Origin: a virus
Taxonomy: Duplodnaviria; Caudoviricetes
Reading direction: 5' to 3' (one strand)
DNA: 35,251 nt
Virus record (IMG/VR): IMGVR_UViG_3300005573_000200
Span: 1 to 35,251 of that record
Shown here: one piece after another, positions 1-10,750 of the stretch
Numbering within the stretch: position 1 is the first letter of the stretch
Layout: each line of letters starts with the position of its first letter
Notes under the pieces: model-generated
Told to the model about the DNA's origin: nothing
Seen by the model: only the letters and a program-made list of their open reading frames with translations
Database searches by the model: none
Made by a program: the position numbers and the translations under genes

Positions 1-1
1 T

Positions 2-3000
2 GCAAAAAATAGTGAAAATGCTGCGTTTCAGACACAACAATTAGGTGCTGAAATACGACAACTTGCAGCAAATACTGGTGAAGCATTGCTTCCAGCATTT
101 AAGGAAGTAATTTCATCATTGGCTTCAGTAGTAAAATGGGTAAATACTGCTGATGACACTACAAGAAAAGCCATTCTTACCTTTACTGCATTTGCTGCTG
201 CGATTGGGCCACTCGAATTAGCTATTGCAGGAGTCATAAAAGCTATATCACTGATTGGAGCCACAACTGGTGGGCCAGTGGCATTAGCAATAGCTGGAGT
301 TATGCTATTTGTCGGTGCGTTAGCTTCATTAAATACTATTGCAAAAGAAACAGCTAAAAATAAAATGTTTGCTGATATTGCAGAACAAGTAAAAGAAGCA
401 CAGAAAGATTTCAAGGGTTTTAATGATGAAGCAGAAAGATTAGCCCAAAAAGTAAAGGAAATTTCCCGTGAAAAAGGTATTTCTACTTCTGATATTACAG
501 AATATTTGATAAAAAATAAATTAGTAACAGATGAAGAAGCAGAACAATTATCAAAATTAGTTGAGCAAAGGAGAACGCTAGAAGCAAATGCACAGTCAGT
601 AAAAGAAGCTGCTGCACAGAATGGTGTTATTACAGAACGCTTGAATGAAAACTTGCAGTATAATAAAGATATTGACCAAGTTATTGCATCGGTAGCAAAA
701 AGTGAAGGTGTAAGTGAACTTCGTGTTGCAAGTATATTAGCAAATAATAAAGATATTACACAAGAACAGCGAGACCAACTTGCCCTTCTTATTCAGCAAC
801 TTCAGAAACAGCAGGATATGATTGATGCAATGGATTTGCTTGAAAGAAAACGACAAGAGGGATTACTTGGGGTACAGAAGTGGAATGAAAATGTAGATAA
901 AGCAAATGCAGCACTTGCAGATTTTGAAGCTAAAAGAAAAGCTAACCCAGGAAAAGAGTTGGATTATCTTAATGATTACATAGCAAAACTTGAAAGTTTG
1001 GGTGTTACTTCTTTAAGGTTGTATGATGATGCTATAAAACTGCGGCAGCAACTTATGAAGCAAGATGCTGATTTGAAGAAGTTTGCTGAAGATAGAGATG
1101 CTGCGCTTGGTAATTATGAACTTAAATTAAAGGATATTGATGATGAGCAAAAGGCGTTTGGGTTATCTGATGTTGAGGTAAAGACTAAACAGAAAGCTGC
1201 ACTTGAATCATTGATTACTTCTCTTATTGAGCTGAAGAATAAATATCCAAATTTTTGGGGGGCAGGGAATCAAGCCAATTTGGATAAAGCAATAAAAGAT
1301 TGGCAAACACTTAATAATGTTATTAACTCAGGAGCAGATGCGGAAGATAAAGCAAATCAAGCATATACTGCAAGATGGAAGGCTATTGGTGAAAATGAAA
1401 GAAATAAGATTCTTGCTGCGGCTGAGTACAATGGGTTATTAAATCAAAATGCAGAACTTGCAGAAAAGCTTGGACTTACAACGTTATCATTTGATAGTCT
1501 TGCAATAAAAGACCTTCAAGAAATTCTTGATTTAACAGCACAATTTAAAAAAGCACTTAGTGACCAAGCTGATGCAACAAAACGTGCACAAGATGCTGAT
1601 AATGCTAGATGGAAAGCAGCGGCTGAAGGATATGTTCGTGTACAAGCACAAAGTGAAAAAGCAGCATATGCACAATTGTATACTGAGGAAAATGTTATAA
1701 AAAGGGGTTATATTAACAGAAAACTTGCTGAAGTAGAACAAATTCATCTTATTGAAGAAGCAAATATAGAAAAATTGGAAAAGGCTGAAGAATTAGCACA
1801 GCAAGAAGCAGCAGTTTTACTATGGGAACAAGGTTATCTTTCGGAGCAAACAATAGATATACAAAATGCATTAAATGAATTACGTATATATAGTGAAGAT
1901 AAATATGCAGAACAAGTTAAAATTTTAACTGCTGGTATTACACAAGATAAGATAGATGCTCTTCACGAGGTTGTAAAACGAGAGGGAGAACTTAATGAAG
2001 TAAGAATACAAGAGGCTGTGAAAATAGAAGGTGAACGATATAAGTTAGCATATCAAGCATACGCTAAGGGTCAATATATTAACGAACTAGAACAAGCTGA
2101 TTTAGCCAAACGGTTTGCATGGGAGTCAACTAGAAGAAAATTAGCACGAGATGAAGCAATTCATATAGCTGAAGATGAACAAATACGGAAGGAGGAGGCA
2201 GCAAAACTTGGGCAGGATGCTGATAATCTTCGACTTACCAAACAAGCCTTAGCATGGCAAGATTATGCAGAAAAAGTTAAAACTATAGAAGATAATCTTA
2301 CTAATCAGATATTATATGAAACAAATCAGCGTAAACGAATATTTTTGCAGAATTTGCTTGAACAAGTAACTGAACTCAAAAGGCAAGGTAAATCAGTTGA
2401 AGAAATAAATAAAGTAATAAATGATGAAACACTAAAATTTGATGCATTACGTGCAATACATGATGCTTATGATGAACTTCAAAACAAAGGCAAGTCGGCT
2501 ACAGATATACTTATAGCTAATTTTGAGAGAATGCGTCAAATTGTTAAGGGGAACAGTGGAGATTTAAAGGAACTTGATGCAATTATCAAAGGCTTGAAGC
2601 TAAGCGAAATTGAACAAGCATTTTCTCAAACACTTGAAGGGCAAATTGCTACGCTTGAAGCACAGATTACTTATTGGAAAGCAAATGCAACAAGACTTGG
2701 CATTGTAATTCCTTCTAATATTTTAGAGCTATTATCCAACTATTCTACAAGTAAATATGCAACAGGAACAGAGGGAGCAAAACCCGGCCTTGCTTGGGTT
2801 GGAGAACGAGGAAAAGAACTTGTAGTTTTTAATGGTGGTGAAACTGTAATTCCAAATGAAGTAGCTCGAAAAATTCCTGGATATGCCGATGGAACTGTAA
2901 ATCATCAGCTTGCACTTGATACAATGGCTATTCTGAAGAATATTCCAGGGTATGCTGGTGGTGCTGGTGAATTTTCTATAGATATAAAGACACCATTAGT

Positions 3001-5611
3001 ACTTGATAATTTATTTAAACCATTATCAGATGGTGCTAAAAAGGCATCTACAGAAGTACAAAAACAAATTGATGCTATAGTTAATGCGCAAGCAAATATG
3101 TTACTTTCTTTAGTAAGGCAGCAGGAAAGAACTACTAATGAAATTTTAAAGATAACAAAAACTGAAGCGCAGAATCAAATTGATGATGTGCATAGGGTAT
3201 ATAAAGAAAAACGTGATGATGCTACATTGAATATAAAAGATGAAATATTACGTGCTAATATCATAAAGAAGCTTAATGAAGCAGAAGCAAAAGATATTGA
3301 GAAGATAAAAGCTGATTCTGCTGCAAAAGTTACTGCAATATTTCAAACTGAGCTTGAAAAGCAGATTACTGATGTACATAAAAATGCTGATGACCAGAAG
3401 AAAATTGTTCAAGACAATTTGGATACCCAACTTGCTCTTTTGCGGGAAAATTTTTTTAAAGATATGGATATGGCAGGCAATGATGCCAAGAAAAAGAAGG
3501 AGATTGAAGATAAGTATAATGCTGATATTATAGCGGCAAAACAAAAAGCAGCAGATGATTCTACTAAAATAGATGCAAAAGCTATGGCTGATATTGAGAA
3601 GATAAAAGCCGATTCTGCTGCAAAAGTTACTGCAATATTCCAAACTGAGCTTGAAAATCAGATTGCTAATGTACAGAAAAATGCTGATGACCAGAAAAAG
3701 GTTGTACAAGATAACTTAAATATTCAGCTTGCCCTTTTAAAAGATAAGTTTGATAAAGATATGGCTGCTGCTGGTGATGATGCTGATAAGAAAAAGGAGA
3801 TTGAAGATAAGTATAATGCTGACGTTACAAAATTAAGAGAGGATGCATTAAATGGTATTTATACAATTGAAGCTAATGCTACAGACGAAATAAATAAACT
3901 GAAAGCTGATTCAGTTGATAAAGTAAAAGCTTTCTATCAGTCTGACCTACAGAATCAAGTTGATGCTATTGAAAAGAAGAAACAAGCTGATATTGATTTT
4001 GTAAATAAATCTAAAGCCAGTGCAGAAGATAAAGCGAAAGCTATACAAGCAATCAATGAGAAAGCAGCAGCAGATGAAATAAAACTGTATGCAGATAAAA
4101 CAGTAAGTATTATCAATAATATTGGTTCAATTGTAAGTTCTATAAATGATATAGCAAATAGTTCAAATGAATCGACTGGTAAAACCATCTCAAGCATCGG
4201 CAATCTTGTTTCAGGAATTGGAAGTATGCTTCCTGGCATTGCTGGTGCTATTGGACAGGCAGCAGGTGCAGTAATAAGTGCAGTTGGTGGGATTTGGGAT
4301 TCTATTTTTGGGAATGAAAAAGAATTTAAAAAAGATATGCTTGAGTTATCAAATACAACTGCAGATTGGAATATAAAACTTATTCAGACAACACTTGATA
4401 ATCAGCTTAAAGCAATAGACACAGATAAGCAAGCAGAACTTGAAAAATTGGGTTATGTAAATGAGTATGGTGATGATTTAATTCAAAAGAATCTAGATAC
4501 ACAAATTAAAGCAATAGATAAAGAAACACAAAAAAGGCTTGAAGACCTGGGTTATGTAAACAAGTATGGTGAGGATTTGATTCAAGAGCATTTGAAAACA
4601 CAGCTTGATGCAATAGATACAGAACGAAAAGCTGCACTTGAAGCACAACTTGATAAAGATAAACAGCTACAGGATAGCCTGCAGGAACAGCTTGAAGCAA
4701 AGAAAAAACAACTTGATGAAGCATCTTCAGTTGAAGAAGCAGCAGTTATCCGTAGGGAAATGCTTGAACTACAGGCGCAGAAAGATATTGTTGATAACCG
4801 TATTCAATCAGTTGCTGATGTAGTAAAGACTGAATCTGAACAGCTTGCCTTGGAGATAGAGGAAAAGAAGCAGGCAATAGCAACCGAAACAAATGAGCAG
4901 ACGAGAGCATTGCTTGAGCGACAGCTTGCCGAACTTGAATCAAAGAAAGTAATTGCTGATATTCAAGCACAATATGATGCACAAGAAAAAGCTGCACAGG
5001 ATGCTGCAAAAAAGGCTTCTGAAGAAAAAGCTGCAATTGAATTACAAGCAGCACATGATAAAGCTGATGCAGAAAAACAAGCTGCTGATGATAAAGAAAA
5101 AAGAGATGCAATTGAACTAGAGGCAGCACATAAAAAAGCAGATTTGGAAGCAAAAGCTGCTGCTGATATGAAGAAATGGCAACATGATAAAGCAATATAT
5201 GATAGGGATGTTGCAGTAGCACAAGCTGAAATTGCACGGCAGAAAGCAATTGCTGATTTGGGTAGCAAAAACTATGATAAGAAAGCACAGGTAAATGCAC
5301 AATATGATAGTTTGATAAACACTATCAAGAGTGTGCCAATTCCTGCTGCGGCTGAAGGTTTAATTGTAAAGCCATCAGTTGGTGGAACATTGGTACGAGT
5401 AGCAGAAGCAAATGTGCCTGAAGCTATTGTGCCATTAAACCGATTAAATGAAGTGTTGGCAACAATGAAAACGATGCAGCCAGTAGCTACAATGAATGAA
5501 GCAAATATGATGCATCTAACAGTAATGATGGATAGTAAGCCATTCCTAGAGAAGATATTCCCAGCTTCCAAGAATGGGCAGATATTGATTTCAGCAAGAG
5601 CTGTTGTATGA
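2..5611 (+). CDS. Phage tail tape measure protein (5'-truncated by window edge)
   Basis: Frame is open from base 2 to the stop at 5611 (>1860 aa). Ala/Glu/Lys/Gln-rich helical sequence with hydrophobic Gly/Ala segments (AAAIGPL...; GSIVSS...GAIGQAAGAV) and TMP-type motifs WVGERGKELVV and VAEANVPEAIVPL. Lies directly upstream of tail genes. Confidence 0.9.
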   Translation, partial: AKNSENAAFQTQQLGAEIRQLAANTGEALLPAFKEVISSLASVVKWVNTADDTTRKAILTFTAFAAAIGPLELAIAGVIKAISLIGATTGGPVALAIAGVMLFVGALASLNTIAKETAKNKMFADIAEQVKEAQKDFKGFNDEAERLAQKVKEISREKGISTSDITEYLIKNKLVTDEEAEQLSKLVEQRRTLEANAQSVKEAAAQNGVITERLNENLQYNKDIDQVIASVAKSEGVSELRVASILANNKDITQEQRDQLALLIQQLQKQQDMIDAMDLLERKRQEGLLGVQKWNENVDKANAALADFEAKRKANPGKELDYLNDYIAKLESLGVTSLRLYDDAIKLRQQLMKQDADLKKFAEDRDAALGNYELKLKDIDDEQKAFGLSDVEVKTKQKAALESLITSLIELKNKYPNFWGAGNQANLDKAIKDWQTLNNVINSGADAEDKANQAYTARWKAIGENERNKILAAAEYNGLLNQNAELAEKLGLTTLSFDSLAIKDLQEILDLTAQFKKALSDQADATKRAQDADNARWKAAAEGYVRVQAQSEKAAYAQLYTEENVIKRGYINRKLAEVEQIHLIEEANIEKLEKAEELAQQEAAVLLWEQGYLSEQTIDIQNALNELRIYSEDKYAEQVKILTAGITQDKIDALHEVVKREGELNEVRIQEAVKIEGERYKLAYQAYAKGQYINELEQADLAKRFAWESTRRKLARDEAIHIAEDEQIRKEEAAKLGQDADNLRLTKQALAWQDYAEKVKTIEDNLTNQILYETNQRKRIFLQNLLEQVTELKRQGKSVEEINKVINDETLKFDALRAIHDAYDELQNKGKSATDILIANFERMRQIVKGNSGDLKELDAIIKGLKLSEIEQAFSQTLEGQIATLEAQITYWKANATRLGIVIPSNILELLSNYSTSKYATGTEGAKPGLAWVGERGKELVVFNGGETVIPNEVARKIPGYADGTVNHQLALDTMAILKNIPGYAGGAGEFSIDIKTPLVLDNLFKPLSDGAKKASTEVQKQIDAIVNAQANMLLSLVRQQERTTNEILKITKTEAQNQIDDVHRVYKEKRDDATLNIKDEILRANIIKKLNEAEAKDIEKIKADSAAKVTAIFQTELEKQITDVHKNADDQKKIVQDNLDTQLALLRENFFKDMDMAGNDAKKKKEIEDKYNADIIAAKQKAADDSTKIDAKAMADIEKIKADSAAKVTAIFQTELENQIANVQKNADDQKKVVQDNLNIQLALLKDKFDKDMAAAGDDADKKKEIEDKYNADVTKLREDALNGIYTIEANATDEINKLKADSVDKVKAFYQSDLQNQVDAIEKKKQADIDFVNKSKASAEDKAKAIQAINEKAAADEIKLYADKTVSIINNIGSIVSSINDIANSSNESTGKTISSIGNLVSGIGSMLPGIAGAIGQAAGAVISAVGGIWDSIFGNEKEFKKDMLELSNTTADWNIKLIQTTLDNQLKAIDTDKQAELEKLGYVNEYGDDLIQKNLDTQIKAIDKETQKRLEDLGYVNKYGEDLIQEHLKTQLDAIDTERKAALEAQLDKDKQLQDSLQEQLEAKKKQLDEASSVEEAAVIRREMLELQAQKDIVDNRIQSVADVVKTESEQLALEIEEKKQAIATETNEQTRALLERQLAELESKKVIADIQAQYDAQEKAAQDAAKKASEEKAAIELQAAHDKADAEKQAADDKEKRDAIELEAAHKKADLEAKAAADMKKWQHDKAIYDRDVAVAQAEIARQKAIADLGSKNYDKKAQVNAQYDSLINTIKSVPIPAAAEGLIVKPSVGGTLVRVAEANVPEAIVPLNRLNEVLATMKTMQPVATMNEANMMHLTVMMDSKPFLEKIFPASKNGQILISARAVV
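3293..3822 (+). repeat. Imperfect 297-bp (99-aa) period direct repeat inside tape measure gene
   Basis: gatattgagaagataaaagcYgattctgctgcaaaagttactgcaatattYcaaactgagcttgaaaa starts at 3293 and 3590; gaagataagtataatgctga ends at 3525 and 3822. Confidence 0.9.
4388..4630 (+). repeat. Imperfect 99-bp (33-aa) period repeat inside tape measure gene
   Basis: gggttatgtaaa at 4450 and 4549; protein repeats LGYVNEYGDDLIQKNLDTQIKAID / LGYVNKYGEDLIQEHLKTQLDAID. Confidence 0.85.
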
Positions 5612-5621
5612 GGGTAAAGTA

Positions 5622-6389
5622 GTGAGAATAGCATATACCAATTATTATGATTTAGCTCAATATATAACTCCATCAAGTACAACTACAGGATACTCTATAC
5701 TCAACACACAAGATGAACGACTAACTACAGTATGGAAGTCTGATTCTGCAACAACACAAACAATTATTGTTGACCTTGGTGCTGCATACTCAATTACTAC
5801 ATTTGGGGTGCTTGGGCATAATCTTGTTGCTACAGGTACTTCAGTTATTGGGAATAGTACAGTAGGTGGGGCTGGAACGTCAGCAATGACATGGATAACA
5901 ACTGGGCAATCATCTGCACAAATAATTACCTATAATGCAGGTGCTATGGTAAAGTTTGTAAGTCCTATGACATATCAATACTGGAAGTTTACATTTACTG
6001 GTTTGACAAGCCCATTACAAATTGGAAGATTGTGGGTGGGCACTTATCTACAAGTTGACCCCAGCAGTCTGCTTGATTTTACTGTAACCTACAAAAATGA
6101 TGATGTAGTTGTTTTTGGGAAGGGTAGGCAGAAATTTGCAACAAAAGGTGTAACATGGCGGGAATTTAACTTTTCATTCCCAGAATCTTCTCATACAATG
6201 GTTTCAGCAATAAAGACAATGTATGAAACGGTAGGTAATCATGGCAGTGTCATTTTCTGCAACTTTGATGACCTAACAGACTATGCTTTAGTGTTGCCTT
6301 GTTATTGTAGTATAGATGGTGAGTTGGCTTTTCAACATTCTGAACGGATGCGGTTCAAATATGGTTTGAAATTACTTGAAAACAGGTAG
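5622..6389 (+). CDS. Tail protein following tape measure (distal tail-like, probable discoidin/beta-sandwich domain)
   Basis: ORF track 5604..6389; more likely start is GTG at 5622 after gagggt (MRIAYTNY). WKS...IIVDLG and YQYWKFTF...LQIGRLWVG patterns; position right after TMP. Confidence 0.65.
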   Translation: MRIAYTNYYDLAQYITPSSTTTGYSILNTQDERLTTVWKSDSATTQTIIVDLGAAYSITTFGVLGHNLVATGTSVIGNSTVGGAGTSAMTWITTGQSSAQIITYNAGAMVKFVSPMTYQYWKFTFTGLTSPLQIGRLWVGTYLQVDPSSLLDFTVTYKNDDVVVFGKGRQKFATKGVTWREFNFSFPESSHTMVSAIKTMYETVGNHGSVIFCNFDDLTDYALVLPCYCSIDGELAFQHSERMRFKYGLKLLENR

Positions 6390-6399
6390 GAGTAGCTAA

Positions 6400-7626
6400 A
6401 TGACATTTAACCAACTTGCACAATTATCAGTCTCAAAACCGATTGTGCTGGTTGAAATGGATATTAGTGGTACAACACACTATTATTCATTTGAAAGTTT
6501 TACTCCAGTTAACTCCACTCATTTCTATGAAGGAAGATTACACCAAATATTCAGTATCTCAAGAACCCGTGATGCAACATTCTTTGGGAGAATGGTGCTG
6601 AATGGTGGTTCAATCAGCTTAATCAATGCTGATGGTGAATTTGATGCTTATGGTGAAGATGCTGGTTTTGTTCCACTTGTCTTTGATGGAAGCTGGAAAT
6701 TTGATGGTACTCATTGCTGGAATGGTGCAAAAATTCCAAGTATCTATGGTAGTCAAGTACGAATAAAGTATGGGTATGATTCACTTGATATAGCTTCCTA
6801 TTTAACAGTCTATACAGGCTATATAGAATCAATTTCATTTGATGAACAGTATTTTACTGTTGGTGTTATTGAAAACAGGAAAAAGTTTGATACAAAAATA
6901 AAGTTTGATTGGACTGATAAAAATGCCCTTACAATTATTGAACAAGCTATTACTTTAGCTTATCCTACTATTACTTATACATCAACCTACTATAATACAA
7001 CAGTATGGGATGCAGCAAAAGCACTTGCTCCAAACATATCAGTTGATATGGTCAATGAAGCAACAGTAACAGAAGTTATTGAACGAATTTGCCTTTCAAT
7101 ATTTGGTGAATTTGTAGTTGATGGTGATGGGAGGTACTCATTCAAATACATCAACCCTGATGCTACTCCAACAGTAACAATTCCTAGAACTGATATAGTA
7201 AATGCTCCTTCTATTTCTTATGATACAAGTCAGATTATTACTTCAGTCATTGTTGACTGTGATGTAACAGAAGATTTGGCAAATGGCAACTATAAACTAC
7301 AAGTGCATGATAACAGTAGAAAAGGGCTTATCTTTGCCCGGTATCAGATTTACAAAGAGCAGGAGTTTGTTACTTATCTTCAGACAGCAGCACAAGCAGC
7401 TTCGCTTGCTACAAAACTGCTTGACTATTATCAAGATGCTCATGCTATGACGACAATTACTGTGCCAATGAAGTATTATGCACTAGCTGTTGGGGATGTT
7501 ATCTATGCTGATTTGCCAAGAGGAAATAGCAGTATGCTTGGTGTAAAGAAGTATGAGATTATGGGTATTACCTATAACCTCGAACAAGCAATGATGGATA
7601 TGAATTTGAGGATGACCTATGATTAA
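6400..7626 (+). CDS. Tail tip / baseplate hub-like protein
   Basis: 408 aa beta-rich ORF with RBS (aggag); FVVDGDGRYSF motif typical of hub proteins; position in tail module. Confidence 0.6.
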   Translation: MTFNQLAQLSVSKPIVLVEMDISGTTHYYSFESFTPVNSTHFYEGRLHQIFSISRTRDATFFGRMVLNGGSISLINADGEFDAYGEDAGFVPLVFDGSWKFDGTHCWNGAKIPSIYGSQVRIKYGYDSLDIASYLTVYTGYIESISFDEQYFTVGVIENRKKFDTKIKFDWTDKNALTIIEQAITLAYPTITYTSTYYNTTVWDAAKALAPNISVDMVNEATVTEVIERICLSIFGEFVVDGDGRYSFKYINPDATPTVTIPRTDIVNAPSISYDTSQIITSVIVDCDVTEDLANGNYKLQVHDNSRKGLIFARYQIYKEQEFVTYLQTAAQAASLATKLLDYYQDAHAMTTITVPMKYYALAVGDVIYADLPRGNSSMLGVKKYEIMGITYNLEQAMMDMNLRMTYD

Positions 7627-9613
7627 ACCATATACTCCGCCACAAGAAACAACTGAAGTTCAGATAAAGAAAGCAATAGGTGCAGAAGCACAGATATATC
7701 TTGGTTCATTCAGTTCTGTACCTACAACAGCATTTGATGGACAATATTTTGTGCAAACATCCAGTCCATATGGTATATATTTGTATACTGAAGGTGCTTG
7801 GGTGAAGCAGACTGCTCCAACAAATGATATGATTTCAAGAGCTGCATATGATATTATGCTTGCAGTTAGAAATGGATATGGCACTTTGACTGATTACATA
7901 GAATCTGGTAATGATTTTTCACAAGCATTGGTTTTGTGGCTTGAAGCTGTCTATATTCATATTATTACTGGTGGTGCATTGTATGCAGGTGATAGATTCA
8001 GTTCTACAGGCACAGTTATAGATGATACAAAAGATGGTTGGTATTTAGGAGCTGGAGATAACGTTGGGTGGTGGGTACGAGGAAAGAATCTTGATTTAAC
8101 ATTTTGCGATAGTTCTGGCAATGTTGTGGGGCATTTTGGTGCAGATAATATTCTTTTTGATACTATAGATTACAATACATCACTTGGATACTATGGAATA
8201 CCATATAGTGCAGATGGTGATAAGAATGTTGCTGTGGGATATAGTTGTTTACATGCACTTACTACAGGATTTGAGAATATTGCTATAGGAAATAATGCAT
8301 TAAATAAAAACACAACCGGCTATTATAATGTAGCAATAGGGACTCAGGCATTGCAAGAATGTACAACAGGAAATACAAATACAGCAGTGGGTTCACAGTC
8401 ATTACTTAATACAACAACTGGTTATCAAAATGTTGCCATAGGTTTGCAAGCATTACGTGAAAATATAGATGGATACATGAATGTTGCCGTGGGGCCACTA
8501 GCACTTGATGCAAATACTTCTGGTTACTTGAATATAGCAGTTGGTGCAACGGCACTTTATAATAATACTACTGGAAATTGGAATAATGCTGTTGGAGTTG
8601 GTGCTTTGTGGGGCAATACTACTGGTGTCCACAACATTGCATATGGGTTTTATACCTTGTATCATAATGGCACTGGCTATAACAATATGGCTATTGGAAA
8701 TGAAGCATTATATAATGCTACTAATTTATCACATAATATAGCTTTGGGGCATCAGTCTTTATATGCGCTTACGAATGGTGCTGAAAATATATGTATAGGT
8801 AATGCTTCTGGTGGTAATTTACAAGCAGCAACAGGAAATATAGCAATTGGTGAAAATGCCTTACTTGGTGCAGAAGGAGCTACAGCACAAAGTAGCTATA
8901 ATGTTGCTATTGGTGTACAAGCATTACAATCTGCAAATGATGCTGATAACAATGTAGCCGTGGGGTTTAATGCATTAGTCTCAAATACAAGTGGCGGTGG
9001 CAATGTAGCAATAGGCAATCAAGCATTACCACAAGTAACGACAGGATATTACAATACTGCACTAGGGTATCATGCTGGGTATGATGCTACAACACAAACA
9101 AATATTACTTGTCTTGGATATAATGCACAAGTAACAGGCTCTAATCAAGTTCAACTGGGGGATTCATCAACAACAACATATGCCTATGGTGCAGTGCAAG
9201 ACCGTTCTGATAAACGGGATAAAGCTGATATACAGCCCACAAAACTTGGGCTTGACTTTATTAAGAAATTGAAACCAGTAGATTTTAAGTGGGATTTTAG
9301 AGAGGATTATATTGAAAGGATTGAAGAAAAAGACGAAAAAGGAACTGTTACCGTAAAAGAAATAGTGCATAAGAAGGATGGTAGTAAAAAGAGAAAAAGA
9401 TTCCATCATGGGCTGATTGCACAAGATGTGAAGGAAGTAATGGATGAGATGGGGATTGATTTTGGTGGGTATCAAGACCATTCTATCAATGGAGGCAGAG
9501 ATGTGCTATCATTAGGGTATGAGGAATTGATTGCACCAATGATAAAAGCAATACAGGAACAGCAAAAGATAATTGAGGATTTGGAAATGAGAATAAAGAA
9601 GCTGGGAGGATGA
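7619..9613 (+). CDS. Tail fibre/spike with N-x-A-[IV]-G-x-x-A-L repeats and C-terminal intramolecular chaperone (peptidase S74-like)
   Basis: Many ~14-aa repeats (NVAIGTQALQECTTG, NTAVGSQSLLNTTTG) at about 8220-9170. Autocleavage motif SDKRDKADI at ~9206, followed by LKPVDFKW, HHGLIAQDV, YEELIAPMIKAIQE and a terminal coiled coil. Confidence 0.9.
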   Translation: MIKPYTPPQETTEVQIKKAIGAEAQIYLGSFSSVPTTAFDGQYFVQTSSPYGIYLYTEGAWVKQTAPTNDMISRAAYDIMLAVRNGYGTLTDYIESGNDFSQALVLWLEAVYIHIITGGALYAGDRFSSTGTVIDDTKDGWYLGAGDNVGWWVRGKNLDLTFCDSSGNVVGHFGADNILFDTIDYNTSLGYYGIPYSADGDKNVAVGYSCLHALTTGFENIAIGNNALNKNTTGYYNVAIGTQALQECTTGNTNTAVGSQSLLNTTTGYQNVAIGLQALRENIDGYMNVAVGPLALDANTSGYLNIAVGATALYNNTTGNWNNAVGVGALWGNTTGVHNIAYGFYTLYHNGTGYNNMAIGNEALYNATNLSHNIALGHQSLYALTNGAENICIGNASGGNLQAATGNIAIGENALLGAEGATAQSSYNVAIGVQALQSANDADNNVAVGFNALVSNTSGGGNVAIGNQALPQVTTGYYNTALGYHAGYDATTQTNITCLGYNAQVTGSNQVQLGDSSTTTYAYGAVQDRSDKRDKADIQPTKLGLDFIKKLKPVDFKWDFREDYIERIEEKDEKGTVTVKEIVHKKDGSKKRKRFHHGLIAQDVKEVMDEMGIDFGGYQDHSINGGRDVLSLGYEELIAPMIKAIQEQQKIIEDLEMRIKKLGG

Positions 9614-9617
9614 GGAT

Positions 9618-10220
9618 ATGGCTTATTTAAGTGCAGTAAGTTCACTTGATAATGTGATACAGTATGAAATAGATGACCCTACTCAAACGATAGGTGGGGC
9701 TGGTGGTGGAGCTAATGCTCAAGCACAAGCATTACTAAACAGAACGAAGTACATCTATGATAATTTCTTTAATAGATTAACACAAACACTTGATAATGTG
9801 CCAGAAGGCACATCATATAAGCGCATCCAAGCGGCGATTGCTGATGCGCTCAATGGCGGAAGTTATAAGGGCAATCTCATGCCATATACCGGCATGATGA
9901 AATCAGGGACAGTAACAAGTACAAACTCAACAACACCACAATCAACTGGCATTAATGTAAATGCGTACGAATATGCCAAAGATGTACTATTGATGCTGAG
10001 CGGACACAATGCCACTGGTGATGCTACGTATACTGCTCTCTACCACTTGCGATTTGGCTATGACGGAAATTACTGGCAAGCAACATTACTCTCCGCACAA
10101 TCCCCCGGAGGTGGGACTGATAACAAATTTGCATTATCGGTTGTGTCTGGAGTCCTGCATATAAATACAACATCAGCAATAAATTTCCGCTGGACGGCGC
10201 TTGGGAATTATACGCTCTAG
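9618..10220 (+). CDS. Short tail fibre / receptor-binding protein
   Basis: N-terminal GGAGGGANAQAQALLNRTKYI motif typical of tail fibre attachment regions; beta-rich C-terminus; followed by an assembly-factor-like gene. Confidence 0.65.
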   Translation: MAYLSAVSSLDNVIQYEIDDPTQTIGGAGGGANAQAQALLNRTKYIYDNFFNRLTQTLDNVPEGTSYKRIQAAIADALNGGSYKGNLMPYTGMMKSGTVTSTNSTTPQSTGINVNAYEYAKDVLLMLSGHNATGDATYTALYHLRFGYDGNYWQATLLSAQSPGGGTDNKFALSVVSGVLHINTTSAINFRWTALGNYTL

Positions 10221-10230
10221 GAGGGCTGAA

Positions 10231-10626
10231 ATGATATATCAAGAAGCATGTGGCTGCGTACATTTTGAGGATGAAGAAGGTAATCCGAGGGTTTGTGCTC
10301 CAGGGCAATCTCTTGATGGTATGCCGCCAGAAGTTATTGAACTTGCAAAAAATTGGACACCTGAGCAAATCGCAGGGCATGATGCAACAGCACAAATAGA
10401 AAAAGCACTAGAGGAGCAAGCTGAAGCTACAAGGCAGATGCTCTTTGCCGAATACGACCACATGGTTGACATACTGAATAATATGCACCGAAGAAAAGAC
10501 ATCACTGATGCTGAATACGAGCAAAAGCTCGCTGCATTAGATGCATATGCCGAAGCACTCCGAGCAATGAACGACACACCAGGTTGGTATCTCAATCCGC
10601 AGTGGCCGCCGAAGCCGGAGGTGTAA
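10231..10626 (+). CDS. Tail fibre assembly chaperone-like protein
   Basis: Likely ATG at 10231 after ggagg; C-terminal YAEALRAMNDTPGWYLNPQWPPKPEV matches the Y-x-x-A-L-R...W-P-x-x-P pattern of Tfa/XkdW-like proteins. Confidence 0.7.
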   Translation: MIYQEACGCVHFEDEEGNPRVCAPGQSLDGMPPEVIELAKNWTPEQIAGHDATAQIEKALEEQAEATRQMLFAEYDHMVDILNNMHRRKDITDAEYEQKLAALDAYAEALRAMNDTPGWYLNPQWPPKPEV

Positions 10627-10750
10627 TCGTGGAAACCGTCATTAAGACCGCTATTGCATTAGTAACAACAGCAATGCTTACAAGACATTTGCAATTACTT
10701 ATAACTAGAAAAACCCAAAATTATACTAAAATAATTATAAGGAGTTTACT

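Noticed and set aside
7619-10626. Diversity-generating retroelement or invertible tail fibre cassette
   Set aside because: No reverse transcriptase, no adenine-variant template/variable repeat pair and no invertase were seen.
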